IMG/VR virus record: IMGVR_UViG_3300044655_001017
Reading direction: 5' to 3' (one strand)
DNA length: 64,000 nt
From: a virus
Taxonomy: Duplodnaviria; Caudoviricetes
Translations under genes and position numbers: made by a program
Shown here: piece by piece, positions 32,599 through 42,982 of the stretch
How positions within the stretch are numbered: position 1 is the first letter of the stretch
Layout of the letters: the number at the start of each line of letters is the position of its first letter
Notes under the pieces: model-generated
What the model was told of the DNA's origin: nothing
Seen by the model: only the letters and a program-made list of their open reading frames with translations
Databases searched by the model: none

Positions 32599-34002
32599 AT
32601 GGCACAAAACGTAGACTACGGATATGATATTCAAAAGCTATATTTAGAAATGATGATAAGCGATGCGGCTACATTTGTTAGGTGCCAATCTATATTTGAT
32701 CATAGATTGTTTGATCGCAAGCTACAAAAGCCAGCAGACTTTATAAACAGCTATGTTGACGAACACAACGTAATGCCAACTCTTGAAATCGTTAACGCCG
32801 CTACACAAGGTGATTTTAAACCCGTAGAAGGCCTTAAAGAAGAACATTACGATTGGCTACTTAATGACTTTGAAACGTTTATTAGACATAAAGGGCTTGA
32901 ACGTGCTATTAACGAATCAGCTGACTTACTTGAAAAAGGCGAGTATGGACCAGTAGAAGATAAGATTAAACAAGCAGTACAAATTGGCTTACAAAAAGAT
33001 TTAGGTACAGACTACTTTGCTAATCCAAGAGAGCGATTAATGAAGATTAAAGATAAGAACGGTCAGGTATCTACTGGTTGGAAGAACATGGATGATAAGC
33101 TGTTTGGTGGCATGAACAGGGGAGAGCTTAATATATTTGCAGGTGGATCAGGTGCAGGTAAAAGTTTATTCTTAGCTAACTTAGGTGTTAACTGGGCACT
33201 TGCAGGATTTAATGTAGTGTACTTAACACTAGAGCTTAGTGAAGAACTTGTATCAATGCGTATTGATAGTATGATAACAGGTATCTCAACCAGAGAAGTA
33301 TTTAAAAACATTGAAGACGTAGAACTTAAAGTTAGAATGATTGGTAAGAAATCCGGATCGTTACAAGTAAAATATATGCCATCAGGTAAGACTGCTAACG
33401 ATATTAGATCATACTTAAAAGAATATGAAATTAAAACAGATAGAAAAGTTGACGTGTTGCTTGTGGATTACTTAGACTTGTTGATGCCAATGAGTAAAAA
33501 GATTAGCCCGGCAGACTTATTCATTAAAGACAAGTATGTATCAGAAGAATTGAGAAACTTAGCAGTAGAAAAGAATTGTGTGTTTGTTACTGCGGCACAG
33601 CTTAACAGGGGTGCAGTAGAAGAAGTAGAGTTTGATCATAGTCACATCTCAGGAGGGTTAAGTAAAATTCAAACTGCAGATAACGTGTTTGGTATCTTTA
33701 CAAGTAGAGCTATGCGTGAACGTGGCAGGTATCAAATCCAGCTTATGAAAACACGTAGCAGTTCTGGTGTTGGTATGAAGATTGATTTAGAATATGACAT
33801 CGATACATTACGTATTACTGACTTAGAAGAAGAACAAGGCTACGGCAATGCAAGTACAGTATCGGCAGGTAGCGCACTACTAAGCTCTATTAAAAACAGA
33901 AATACAGTAGAAGGCGAAGCACCTACTGCAAAAGTAACTGCAGGAATACAAAGCACTGCATTAAGAGACCTAATAAACAATTTAGACGTAGACGATTTTT
34001 AG
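32599..34002 (+). CDS. gp41: Replicative DnaB-like helicase
   Basis: GGSGAGKS, TLEL, VDYLDL, TAAQLNR, KTRSS. Confidence 0.92.
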   Translation: MAQNVDYGYDIQKLYLEMMISDAATFVRCQSIFDHRLFDRKLQKPADFINSYVDEHNVMPTLEIVNAATQGDFKPVEGLKEEHYDWLLNDFETFIRHKGLERAINESADLLEKGEYGPVEDKIKQAVQIGLQKDLGTDYFANPRERLMKIKDKNGQVSTGWKNMDDKLFGGMNRGELNIFAGGSGAGKSLFLANLGVNWALAGFNVVYLTLELSEELVSMRIDSMITGISTREVFKNIEDVELKVRMIGKKSGSLQVKYMPSGKTANDIRSYLKEYEIKTDRKVDVLLVDYLDLLMPMSKKISPADLFIKDKYVSEELRNLAVEKNCVFVTAAQLNRGAVEEVEFDHSHISGGLSKIQTADNVFGIFTSRAMRERGRYQIQLMKTRSSSGVGMKIDLEYDIDTLRITDLEEEQGYGNASTVSAGSALLSSIKNRNTVEGEAPTAKVTAGIQSTALRDLINNLDVDDF

Positions 34003-34037
34003 AATAAATACTACAAATATATTTTAAAGGATTTACA

Positions 34038-37016
34038 ATGCGGTTACGCGAATTATACGAAACAATAAATCTGTTTGAAGCATACGATACTAAAGTTGCT
34101 AAACTACATAAAGAATTTGCTCAAATGCGAGCAGGCTTTCCAGAAAAGCCTGAAACACAATGGGGGCCTGCAGTACCCGCAATTCCAGGTGACCCAAATG
34201 TACCGGATGAAACTCAATTAGCAGCATTAGTTAGTTTTGCCGAACAAGCATTTAAGTCAGGTGCAAAACCATCTGAACAAGCAATGCAATGGTACTTGTC
34301 ATTACTTGAAACTTATTATAAACAAAACGATCCTAAGTTTGCAGGTAAGTTTGCTGCAATGTGCGGTGAATATCAATTTACTGATTTTAATTCATTAAAC
34401 AATGATCTAGCACATTTCTTCACATCAGAATATGCTGATTCACAGTATATAAAGGACATAGTTAAAGCAATTAGACCAGCTACTACTCAAATTGATAATC
34501 TTATTACTAATGCAACTGCAGCTGAACAAAGAATACATGCAGAACACGAAGCAGCACGTAAATTAGCAGGTCGTCCGGATATTAAATTAATGGAAGGCGA
34601 TCAAGTAATATTACCAGTAGATAACAAATATGATTGGTGGTGGTTACCATATAGATCACACGAGTTTGAATCGGCAGCTATGGGACATTGCGGTAACTGT
34701 CAAACATCTGATGGAAATATGTTAAGTCTTCGTACTAACAAACCTATATGGCCTGAATTAACATTTGAATGGAATCCACAAGATAAAATGTTATATCAAA
34801 CAAAAGGCCCTCATAATTCAAAACCTGCTCATAGATATCGTCCGGCTATTTTAAAATTAATGCTTAGTGATTTAATAAGCGGCATTGGTAATGACTCATA
34901 TCAACCAGCTAACGACTTTTCTATATTTGACTTTGAACCAGCAGATGTAAAAACAATTGCAGATCAAAAACCAGATTTGATTACTAGCCAAATAGTAAAG
35001 TATCCGATTGACTTTTTAAGAGCTCCAGAATTTATTAGAGCTATTCCTGAATTTAGAGATATTGCAGTACAAAACGCACGCGGACTAGCAGCACTAGTTG
35101 ACAATACTGGCAAAGTTAACACATCACTAGATGCATGGGAAGATGCAATCGAAGCTGACAGAAGTATTATTATTTACGCTCCGGAAAATCTTAAAGATTA
35201 TGAAGACCGAATTATCGATGCGTTAAAACGTGATTCATCATTGCTAGGATTTGCAAGTGCTAAGATTCGCGGTAATCACAAAATTATGTCTGAAGTAATT
35301 AGATGGAATCCTAACTCAATTGAACTAGTTCCTCTTAGAGCACCTGCATATGAAGAACTAGCACTACAAGCAGTTACAAAAAGAGGTGAGCTATTAAAGG
35401 CTATTCCTGTAGAAAAAAGAACATATGAAATGTGTCTTACAGCTGCAAAAAATCGCCAGCTATGGGATGAAACTCCATTGAGAGAGTTTTACGAATTGTT
35501 TAATACACTACCCTTTACTAAAGACCAACATAGTGAATTAGCTTCATTGGTATTACAATACGATACAGAAAATAAATTATTAGATTTACTACCGGCTAAA
35601 ATTAGAACATTCCTATCATCAATGGCTCGTCTTAAACGCAGTGAACGTGACTATTATGGTGACGACCGCGCAGTACACGTAAAAGAAATAGTTGATTCAG
35701 TTACTCCTGGTTCAGTATCTGATGAAGAATATATGAAAATCTGTTTAAAGGCAGGTGAATTATCATTCCACCGCGCAGTACCAACAGAATTCCAAACATA
35801 TGAATATTTTAAAAAATATATACTTACTATAGAACCAACTGCAAACCGTATTATTACACCGGTCTTTACTCCCGCGTTTAAACAATTACCGCCTGAACAA
35901 CGAGAAGAGTTAGTATCAATTGCTGTAAAGTTATGTCCTGAATCGTATTTTGAATTACCATACGAGTATAAACTTAACTTATCTAGAACACTGAAGATGA
36001 TACAAAAAACTGATAGACCGTTAACTCATGGCATCGTTGCCGATATTACACTAGCGGCAAGTGAAAATGGTGTAACTGACGAAGACTATGATAAGTTAAT
36101 TGCGTATTACAAACACTCGCTTAAAGAAAGTGATGGTTCAGCTATATCCTATTTAAAAAACTATGCATTGACGCAAGCTAAAAAATATAATAACGATGAT
36201 TGGTTTGACGTGTTAGCATATGGCGCTAAACTTAACTTAACAGAATTTATAAATATTTTAACTCCTGATTTTGTTGATAATAACTTCGAATGGGTTGTTG
36301 ATACTATATGTAAAGAATTTAGTCAGTCTAGCTCAAATTTGCACTTTAGTGTATTAACCAACCGATATCCTGAAATTGTTGTTGAATTATTCAAACGCCT
36401 ACCAACTAGTGAGCTAGGTAAACTACAATACCCGCATTATATAGAACAAATGTATGAACTTGATCCTCGCAAGTTTAAACGAGTATTAGAGATTATGGTA
36501 GATCGAGAACCGCATTTAATTGCAGAAATACAAAATTTAGTACCAGACTATATTCCAGAAACAGAACAACCTTGGTTAGATAGATTAAACCATAAAGGAT
36601 TTACTAATGGTGGAATTGCGGCATTAAAATATAACTTCCCAATAGAGCTACTAACTCCTGAACTATTAAATACTGCAATCCTTGGTGCAAATAGAATGGA
36701 TGCTAATATTGAAAGAAAAATAGAGGAGTTATACAAATACTATAAAGATAAACCGGAATACGACGCCGTATTAGAAAATATGTTAGATCTTGTACCTAAC
36801 ATAATTACAATGTTATCTCCTCAAGAGATTGAGCTGTTTCATGTAAAACGCTTTATAACGTATTTAGAAAACAAAAAACATCCACCAGAAAGTATACTGC
36901 TACATTTTAGAAGAGAACCATTTCCGTCAGCTGCATCCCTAAAACCAAACATCGCAGAATATCTAAACAAATATAAAGCAGAGAAAGCACCTAACCTTAG
37001 CACTATCTCTTTTTAA
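34038..37016 (+). CDS. Large protein: PcfJ-like domain plus DUF4116-like helical repeats
   Basis: ESAAMGHCG..LSLR..LTFE..LYQTKGPHNSKP; RTYEMCLTAAK repeats; late promoter at 34004. Confidence 0.55.
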   Translation: MRLRELYETINLFEAYDTKVAKLHKEFAQMRAGFPEKPETQWGPAVPAIPGDPNVPDETQLAALVSFAEQAFKSGAKPSEQAMQWYLSLLETYYKQNDPKFAGKFAAMCGEYQFTDFNSLNNDLAHFFTSEYADSQYIKDIVKAIRPATTQIDNLITNATAAEQRIHAEHEAARKLAGRPDIKLMEGDQVILPVDNKYDWWWLPYRSHEFESAAMGHCGNCQTSDGNMLSLRTNKPIWPELTFEWNPQDKMLYQTKGPHNSKPAHRYRPAILKLMLSDLISGIGNDSYQPANDFSIFDFEPADVKTIADQKPDLITSQIVKYPIDFLRAPEFIRAIPEFRDIAVQNARGLAALVDNTGKVNTSLDAWEDAIEADRSIIIYAPENLKDYEDRIIDALKRDSSLLGFASAKIRGNHKIMSEVIRWNPNSIELVPLRAPAYEELALQAVTKRGELLKAIPVEKRTYEMCLTAAKNRQLWDETPLREFYELFNTLPFTKDQHSELASLVLQYDTENKLLDLLPAKIRTFLSSMARLKRSERDYYGDDRAVHVKEIVDSVTPGSVSDEEYMKICLKAGELSFHRAVPTEFQTYEYFKKYILTIEPTANRIITPVFTPAFKQLPPEQREELVSIAVKLCPESYFELPYEYKLNLSRTLKMIQKTDRPLTHGIVADITLAASENGVTDEDYDKLIAYYKHSLKESDGSAISYLKNYALTQAKKYNNDDWFDVLAYGAKLNLTEFINILTPDFVDNNFEWVVDTICKEFSQSSSNLHFSVLTNRYPEIVVELFKRLPTSELGKLQYPHYIEQMYELDPRKFKRVLEIMVDREPHLIAEIQNLVPDYIPETEQPWLDRLNHKGFTNGGIAALKYNFPIELLTPELLNTAILGANRMDANIERKIEELYKYYKDKPEYDAVLENMLDLVPNIITMLSPQEIELFHVKRFITYLENKKHPPESILLHFRREPFPSAASLKPNIAEYLNKYKAEKAPNLSTISF

Positions 37017-37025
37017 GGAAAAATA

Positions 37026-39758
37026 ATGAGACTAAGAGAATTATACGAAACAATACAACTAGATGAAAACTATAATGGTAAGGTAAACAAACTTAAAAAC
37101 TCACCTTTGTTTGCACAAAACCCTGATCTACTACAAGACTTTGATGCACGACTTGGATGGGCTAAACAAGTGTTCAGTGATAAGAATCAACCTATGCTTT
37201 GGTATATCACACTATACGAAGCTTGGCTATTACAAGAACAAGACCCTAATGCAAAAACAAAATACGAAACAATGTTAGGCGGCCATCCACCTTTTGACTT
37301 TGCTGAATTTGAACAAACATTAAATCACTGGCTGTCTAGTGCATACGCAGAAAGAAATCAAATTAAAGACGTAGTTAAAAAGATCAACGCCCAAACTACA
37401 ACTGTTGATGCATTAATTAAAAACTTAGAAGCAGCTGAAGCAGTTATTAAAAAAGAAGATGAAGCTAAAGCTAAGAACGCAACTCCGATTGAAATACTTG
37501 AAGGCGACCATATTATATTGCCGCTTGGTAATCAAGGAGATTGGTGGTTACTACCTACTAGTTCTCATAAGGCAGAATCTAAGATTATGGGACATTGCGG
37601 TACAGCAGGAAACAACAAAAACGTACTATTGAGCTTACGTGATAAAACTCCAATACCTTGGGTTACTATGGAATACAGTGCTGACAACAAAGAACTACAT
37701 CAAATGAAAGGAAGATCTAATTCTAAACCTGCAAATAAATTCCATCATGCAATACTTGCATTATTAAAAAGCGATTTAGTTGACGGAATGTTTACTGGTC
37801 AAACATATCAACCAGCAAGTGACTTTTCTATATTTGATATGAACCCTGCAATGATAGAAGATGTTGCCGCTACTAAACCAAATCTTATAATGACTCAAAT
37901 TAAAAAGTATCCAATTGACTTTTTAAGAGCACCTCAAACGTTACGTGCAACTCCCGACTATAGAAACTTTGCTATATCATGCTTACCGGGTATTGCTGTA
38001 ATCTTAGACGAAGATGGCGTTACTTCAACAGATAACGACACTTGGGAAGAAGCAATTAACCAAGATCCTGGTATGATTATCTATTCACCCACTACATTAA
38101 AAGATTGGGAAAACCGTGTTACTAAATATTTGGTAAAAAATCATAGAAACTTAGGCTATTGCGGTAATCATATCCGTAGTAATTATAATATAATGAAAGA
38201 AGTAATTACACACGGAGATGCAGCTGCAATTGAATTAGTACCATACAGAGCACCTCAGTATAAAGAACTAGCATTACTTGCTATTGGACAATCGCCAATA
38301 TTGATTAAATCAGTAAACACAGAAGGCTGGTCTAAAGAGGAAATGAGAAAAGCATGGATGAATGCAGCTCATACATATTTAGATACAGAAGATTGGCCAG
38401 ATGAGTTATTTACACCTGAAGATGACAAAGAAATTTGGCGTACACAGGTTAAAAATAATAGATATTCAATTTCAAAAATTCCACCTGGATTGTTTGATGA
38501 ACAAGAATTAATTGAGGTATGGGGTGATGCAACTAAAGCACATCCTGGATTAATAAAGTCATCAGGGTTTATCAACTTAAATATCCCAAACGAAGCAAAA
38601 GATCAAATGAGAATTGCTGCAGTATTTGAACACCCAGAATATATTGCTGAATTTAGACCTGACTTAATTGAAGATGAAAATGATAGAATTGAACTTTGGA
38701 CTAAGGCATGTGATAGCTATCCTAACTTAATTACTGTACTTAAGAAAGCAGCAATACCTGATGAAGTTAAAATAGAATTAACTGTTAAGACAGTACGTGA
38801 TAATCCTACATATATTACAAATATTGATCAACGCTTAATACCTGATGAAAACGAAAGAATTGAACTTTGGATTAAAGCATGCAAAGTTCAACCAAAATAT
38901 AAAAATGATCCGCAATTTCCAACAGACGCATTCGATAGAAATCCTGCAAAACTAAAAGAATTATGGATTAGTATGTTTGAAACCACCTTACCTCATGATT
39001 GCCCTCGGTTGAATGAAATTCCAACAGAACTATTTACCCCAGAAGAATTAACTACATTAGCACGTAAAGTAATTGATAAAGACCCAAGCCAACTAATGTA
39101 CGCGCCGCCCTCTATAACAACTGCTGAAGAAAAATTAACTACTATTAAAGATCTTATGAATAGTGACCCGTGGAAGGTGATGAGCTCGCCACATAATCCA
39201 ACTCCGCCTGATCTGTATACTAGAGAACAAATTAAAGAAGTTTGGGATTATGCGCTTAGTAACGTTACTGACCCAGAATCAGATAGCAACGATGGCTATA
39301 TCGTAACGTCCGATTGGTTGCCATATCATATCGTTGATCAAGACTTGTTAAAGAGTGCTATACAACACGCTGCAATATACGACTATTATGAGAACGATTC
39401 TATATTAGCTAGAATAAATTATAATTTGCTCGAACGACTATTTACTCCAGCAGAAATAAGAAAGTTACATAAAGATGTGATATTAAATGCCAATTGCTAT
39501 ATGGAAGCCGGCGGACCGTTTGCTGCTATACCTCTAAATTATAGAACTTATGAGTTATGTAGATTTGCACTTGATCATGACCCGTCTAATATAAACATAG
39601 TGGTAGCATCAAAAGAAAACTTTACTGAACGTGAATTTGAAGAATTGCGGGCAATGTCCAATGACCCAATTGATGAAGAGTTTGTTAGAGATATACAACA
39701 ACATACCGCACATAACTCATTCCAAAATTACCGCCCATTACCATTTGAAGGACAATAA
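37026..39758 (+). CDS. Paralogue of 34038..37016
   Basis: Same MRLRELYETI start; ESKIMGHCG..LSLR..VTME..HQMKGRSNSKP; KYPIDFLRAP shared. Confidence 0.6.
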   Translation: MRLRELYETIQLDENYNGKVNKLKNSPLFAQNPDLLQDFDARLGWAKQVFSDKNQPMLWYITLYEAWLLQEQDPNAKTKYETMLGGHPPFDFAEFEQTLNHWLSSAYAERNQIKDVVKKINAQTTTVDALIKNLEAAEAVIKKEDEAKAKNATPIEILEGDHIILPLGNQGDWWLLPTSSHKAESKIMGHCGTAGNNKNVLLSLRDKTPIPWVTMEYSADNKELHQMKGRSNSKPANKFHHAILALLKSDLVDGMFTGQTYQPASDFSIFDMNPAMIEDVAATKPNLIMTQIKKYPIDFLRAPQTLRATPDYRNFAISCLPGIAVILDEDGVTSTDNDTWEEAINQDPGMIIYSPTTLKDWENRVTKYLVKNHRNLGYCGNHIRSNYNIMKEVITHGDAAAIELVPYRAPQYKELALLAIGQSPILIKSVNTEGWSKEEMRKAWMNAAHTYLDTEDWPDELFTPEDDKEIWRTQVKNNRYSISKIPPGLFDEQELIEVWGDATKAHPGLIKSSGFINLNIPNEAKDQMRIAAVFEHPEYIAEFRPDLIEDENDRIELWTKACDSYPNLITVLKKAAIPDEVKIELTVKTVRDNPTYITNIDQRLIPDENERIELWIKACKVQPKYKNDPQFPTDAFDRNPAKLKELWISMFETTLPHDCPRLNEIPTELFTPEELTTLARKVIDKDPSQLMYAPPSITTAEEKLTTIKDLMNSDPWKVMSSPHNPTPPDLYTREQIKEVWDYALSNVTDPESDSNDGYIVTSDWLPYHIVDQDLLKSAIQHAAIYDYYENDSILARINYNLLERLFTPAEIRKLHKDVILNANCYMEAGGPFAAIPLNYRTYELCRFALDHDPSNINIVVASKENFTEREFEELRAMSNDPIDEEFVRDIQQHTAHNSFQNYRPLPFEGQ

Positions 39759-39829
39759 AAAAGATGACAACATACTGACCCTGCGAAGCAGGCGGTAAAA
39801 CAATTTTTCAGCTTTTAGATACTAACCTT

Positions 39830-39861
39830 AAAATAAAACCAGCAACAGCTGGTTTTATTTT
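39830..39861. terminator. Bidirectional terminator
   Basis: aaaataaaaccagc-aaca-gctggttttatttt between convergent blocks. Confidence 0.85.
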
Positions 39862-40009
39862 GGCCCCAGGCCCTACATAATAAAATCCGGCCCCTACATG
39901 GTTACGATATCGTGAAATCCACTGTTTATTCACTGTGCTTATGGATTAGGGGCATAACAGTATATTCACCATTTTAACAAGTTTTCTAGACCATCCAAAC
40001 ACCGTAGAA

Positions 40010-40228
40010 CTATTCACTACGGTTGCGTATGGTAGACTTAACTTCACTTATGGTAGATTCCAGCCTTGAGATTTGACGCGCTTGACGTTCTACCGTTTCC
40101 ATTAGACGGTTGACTAGCGTATATAGATGGCTAGAGTCACTGTGCATAAACTTACTGCTACCATTTTCAAACTCTACTCGGCCCGGGACTATGCTTTTCG
40201 GGACCGGCTCTTGATTATATTGTTCCAT
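40010..40228 (-). CDS. Small coiled-coil hypothetical protein
   Basis: 72 aa with GGAG RBS. Confidence 0.55.
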   Translation of the reverse strand: MEQYNQEPVPKSIVPGRVEFENGSSKFMHSDSSHLYTLVNRLMETVERQARQISRLESTISEVKSTIRNRSE

Positions 40229-40732
40229 ACTAACTCCACTGTGTGTATACTGTATATATCACTGTGACGCCACTGTAGAGGTAGGGTGCGGGCCGAAAGG
40301 GTCCTAGGGGTCTAAAAAATTTCCCGCGCAAAAAATTAGAGAGAAGTACTTACAGATTCTCCCTGGTGATTTAGTACCTATGGGGTTAAATTTAGAGGAG
40401 TTTTTAGAGTTTTTAGAGTTTAGGGAAAAAAGGTTGCGTTGTTGTAAAAAAACAACAAATTGTTGTATTATATGTCCCCCCACCCCTCGGGGCATTGTAT
40501 TGCGTTACACTATTATAGCACACTACACACTACATTGCAAGCTTTTTTTACGCAAAAAACTAAAAAAATAAAAAAATAATTTAACATTTTTTTAAAAAAA
40601 CGCTTGCTATTTTTTTAAATTACTGTATAATATGCTGTAAGTTAAGTAGTTAAGCAGTTTACTTAACTAGCGCACTAAATGTGTGCATACACGTTTAGTG
40701 CTACATTATACGCACTAAAAAAGGGCATAACT

Positions 40733-41113
40733 ATGTTAGACAATATTACAGTACAAAGCATTGCAAGTAAAAGCAACAAAACCGTGCAATGTGTAGGGGT
40801 TAGCACGCACGAAAAAGCGACAATAGGCACTAAGATACGTTTTAGCGGTAAGCCCGATAGTAGTGCGCGTGTTAGCACGCTAATTGCAACAAAATTGCAC
40901 AGCGACATAATTATGTGCGATTTAAGTGCGCAGGTTAGCGAATTGCAAGGCGCGGTTATAGTGCGCGATACGTTAGCAGATACAGACTACTTGCAAGCGC
41001 ACCAATTAAGTGCAATAGATAGCTACATTGCTAAATACAGTACGCACGAAATTAGTGCAGCACGGGAAAACATTAGCAATAACAATATTAAAATTGTTAA
41101 AATACTAATGTAA
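40733..41113 (+). CDS. Early protein, K(I/V)RF...H(S/T)DI family, copy 1
   Basis: Own promoter and terminator; paralogue of 43310..43693 and 48826..49179. Confidence 0.7.
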   Translation: MLDNITVQSIASKSNKTVQCVGVSTHEKATIGTKIRFSGKPDSSARVSTLIATKLHSDIIMCDLSAQVSELQGAVIVRDTLADTDYLQAHQLSAIDSYIAKYSTHEISAARENISNNNIKIVKILM

Positions 41114-41125
41114 CACAGTAACACA

Positions 41126-41158
41126 GCAACTACACTGCAAAGTGTAGTTGCTTTTTTA
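41126..41158 (+). terminator. Rho-independent terminator
   Basis: agcaactacact-gcaa-agtgtagttgct-ttttt. Confidence 0.85.
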
Positions 41159-41327
41159 CTTGCTTTTTTAGTTTGTTTATGCTATAATAACGCATAGTAA
41201 AAAGTTAAAATAAAAAGCTATAGCGGGGCCGTCGGTGGCCAAGACAGACTGGATTTGAAAAGGCCGGAACCGAAACCACTATCCGATAGCTCTCCAAGTA
41301 TCTACCATAGCTCTCCACCTAGACCTC

Positions 41328-41366
41328 ACTGTATCCTTACTGTATCCTTACTGTATCCTTACTGTA
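41328..41366. repeat. 11-bp tandem repeat (ACTGTATCCTT x3.5)
   Basis: Directly visible; reads AAGGATACAGT on minus. Confidence 0.9.
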
Positions 41367-41407
41367 CCGGCAACAGGTGCTATATTAGTATAGCACCTTT
41401 CCCCACC

Positions 41408-41557
41408 TTAGTCAACTAAGTCTTTAAACCGTTTTATCTTACTAGTAAAGCGTGCCGCGTGTTCCTTACGTGTAAGGCTAAGCACGGTAACAAACGCTCC
41501 GCTTAATGCGTATGCGTTTCGTTTATATATGTAACCATAATAGTTGTTTGTTTGCAT
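41408..41557 (-). CDS. Small early protein (49 aa)
   Basis: ATG after promoter and ACAGCGTG leader. Confidence 0.55.
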   Translation of the reverse strand: MQTNNYYGYIYKRNAYALSGAFVTVLSLTRKEHAARFTSKIKRFKDLVD

Positions 41558-42153
41558 AGTATGTTGCACGCTGTAGTTGTTTAGTAAGTGCATATTATAG
41601 CACGCTACACAAAAAATGCAAGCATTATTTTTACAAACAATAACCACACACAACCACCTATCCATAACCCCAATTTTCAAATATCTCACAGCGGGGCCTT
41701 TATAAAAGTGGTCACTTATGGCAAATGGATACAAGCGGTAAGCACTAACGCAAATTTGCGTTTTAAGCGTTGTTTGTTGTGTACTGCTATAGTTGCATTG
41801 CTTAGTATATAAACGCGTATTGTGTACACGTTAACGCGCAAGTTTTAGCAATGTAAATTATAAATGCTAAGTGTATTTTACACGCGCACGACAAATATTA
41901 AAAGTTTACAGCGGGGTATTGATATACCGGTTGCTCATTATGCTATACTATAGTATAATATTGGTATATTGAAACGTTGGTAAGATGGTAAAGAGGTTGA
42001 GGGCAGAGATAAGGGAAAGCCCGGTCCATTGCATACTGGATTCCGGGCTTTGGGCATACTATGTAAGTATGTTGTATGGTTGGTGAACAAATGCTACTAC
42101 CCATCTGCCCACCTGAGGTCTTTAGTCTTTACAGCGGGGCCTTTCTATAGGTC

Positions 42154-42231
42154 CTACTTTGTTTTGCGTCTAATTACTCGACGGCATGCGATTGTACTTT
42201 TTTTGGTTGCGCGATCGGATCTTCTTGCCAT
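42154..42231 (-). CDS. 25-aa basic peptide MARRSDRATKKSTIACRRVIRRKTK
   Basis: Promoter at 42278-42305, GGAGA RBS; absent from ORF track. Confidence 0.45.
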   Translation of the reverse strand: MARRSDRATKKSTIACRRVIRRKTK

Positions 42232-42338
42232 GTTGTTCTCCAGTGTTGTTGTAAAAAAGTATTTAACGTTTTAACTATTATACTATAGTGTTAAAGTAAA
42301 TGCAAGCACTTTTTACAGTGCTTGCATTGTGTTATTGT

Positions 42339-42698
42339 TTAATTAACAGTGCTATTTTGCACTTGTTTAACATACTTATTAAATGTTTTTTTAGTAACAC
42401 ATTTTATGTAAGCGTTGTTAATTTGCATTTGCGTTAAATTAGCGTTATTTGCTAGCGTTACTGTATAGCTAACACTGTAATTGCTAGCAAAGTTAATGTT
42501 AGCAACAAAAGCACTGCTAACATAGCATAACACATAATTTTTAGCTGCTTTGTATATTGTACGCTTTGCGTGTTTTTGCTTTGTTGCTATTACTTTGTTA
42601 TTAGCTACATAAGCGTTAAGCACTTGTAACATAGCTTGTTGCGTTGCTTTGTTACTGTTTTTTTGCGCTTGTTTGCGCGTTGCTGTAATTGTTTGCAT
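42339..42698 (-). CDS. Early protein (119 aa) with no Asp, Glu, Gly, Pro or Trp
   Basis: Own promoter (42765-42792) and terminator (42299-42328). Confidence 0.6.
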   Translation of the reverse strand: MQTITATRKQAQKNSNKATQQAMLQVLNAYVANNKVIATKQKHAKRTIYKAAKNYVLCYVSSAFVANINFASNYSVSYTVTLANNANLTQMQINNAYIKCVTKKTFNKYVKQVQNSTVN

Positions 42699-42805
42699 AA
42701 TATACACACTATAGTTAAATTGTTAAAAAGCGTATGTTAAACGTAATTGCTTAACACAGTGCATATTATACACGTTTGTGTACAATATGCAAGCGTTATT
42801 TTTAA

Positions 42806-42982
42806 TTATTTTAGCAGTGCATCAAACGCTCCGCAAAACCCTGCAAACGCTATTGTTATCGGAGTAGCAACCAGCATCCACGTTACCGCGTCCACCATGA
42901 AGTTCATAACTCCATATTGCGTGTTACGCGCGTTTGCTTGTTTGTTTAAAAAATTTTGTACTGTTTGTTGTTTAGTTTGCAT
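42806..42982 (-). CDS. Small early membrane protein (58 aa)
   Basis: Promoter 43019-43046; hydrophobic C-half. Confidence 0.55.
   Translation of the reverse strand: MQTKQQTVQNFLNKQANARNTQYGVMNFMVDAVTWMLVATPITIAFAGFCGAFDALLK

Noticed and set aside
40391-40425. Telomere-like TTTAGGG repeat
   Set aside because: Only one exact copy among TTTAGAG variants; treated only as part of the junction repeats.
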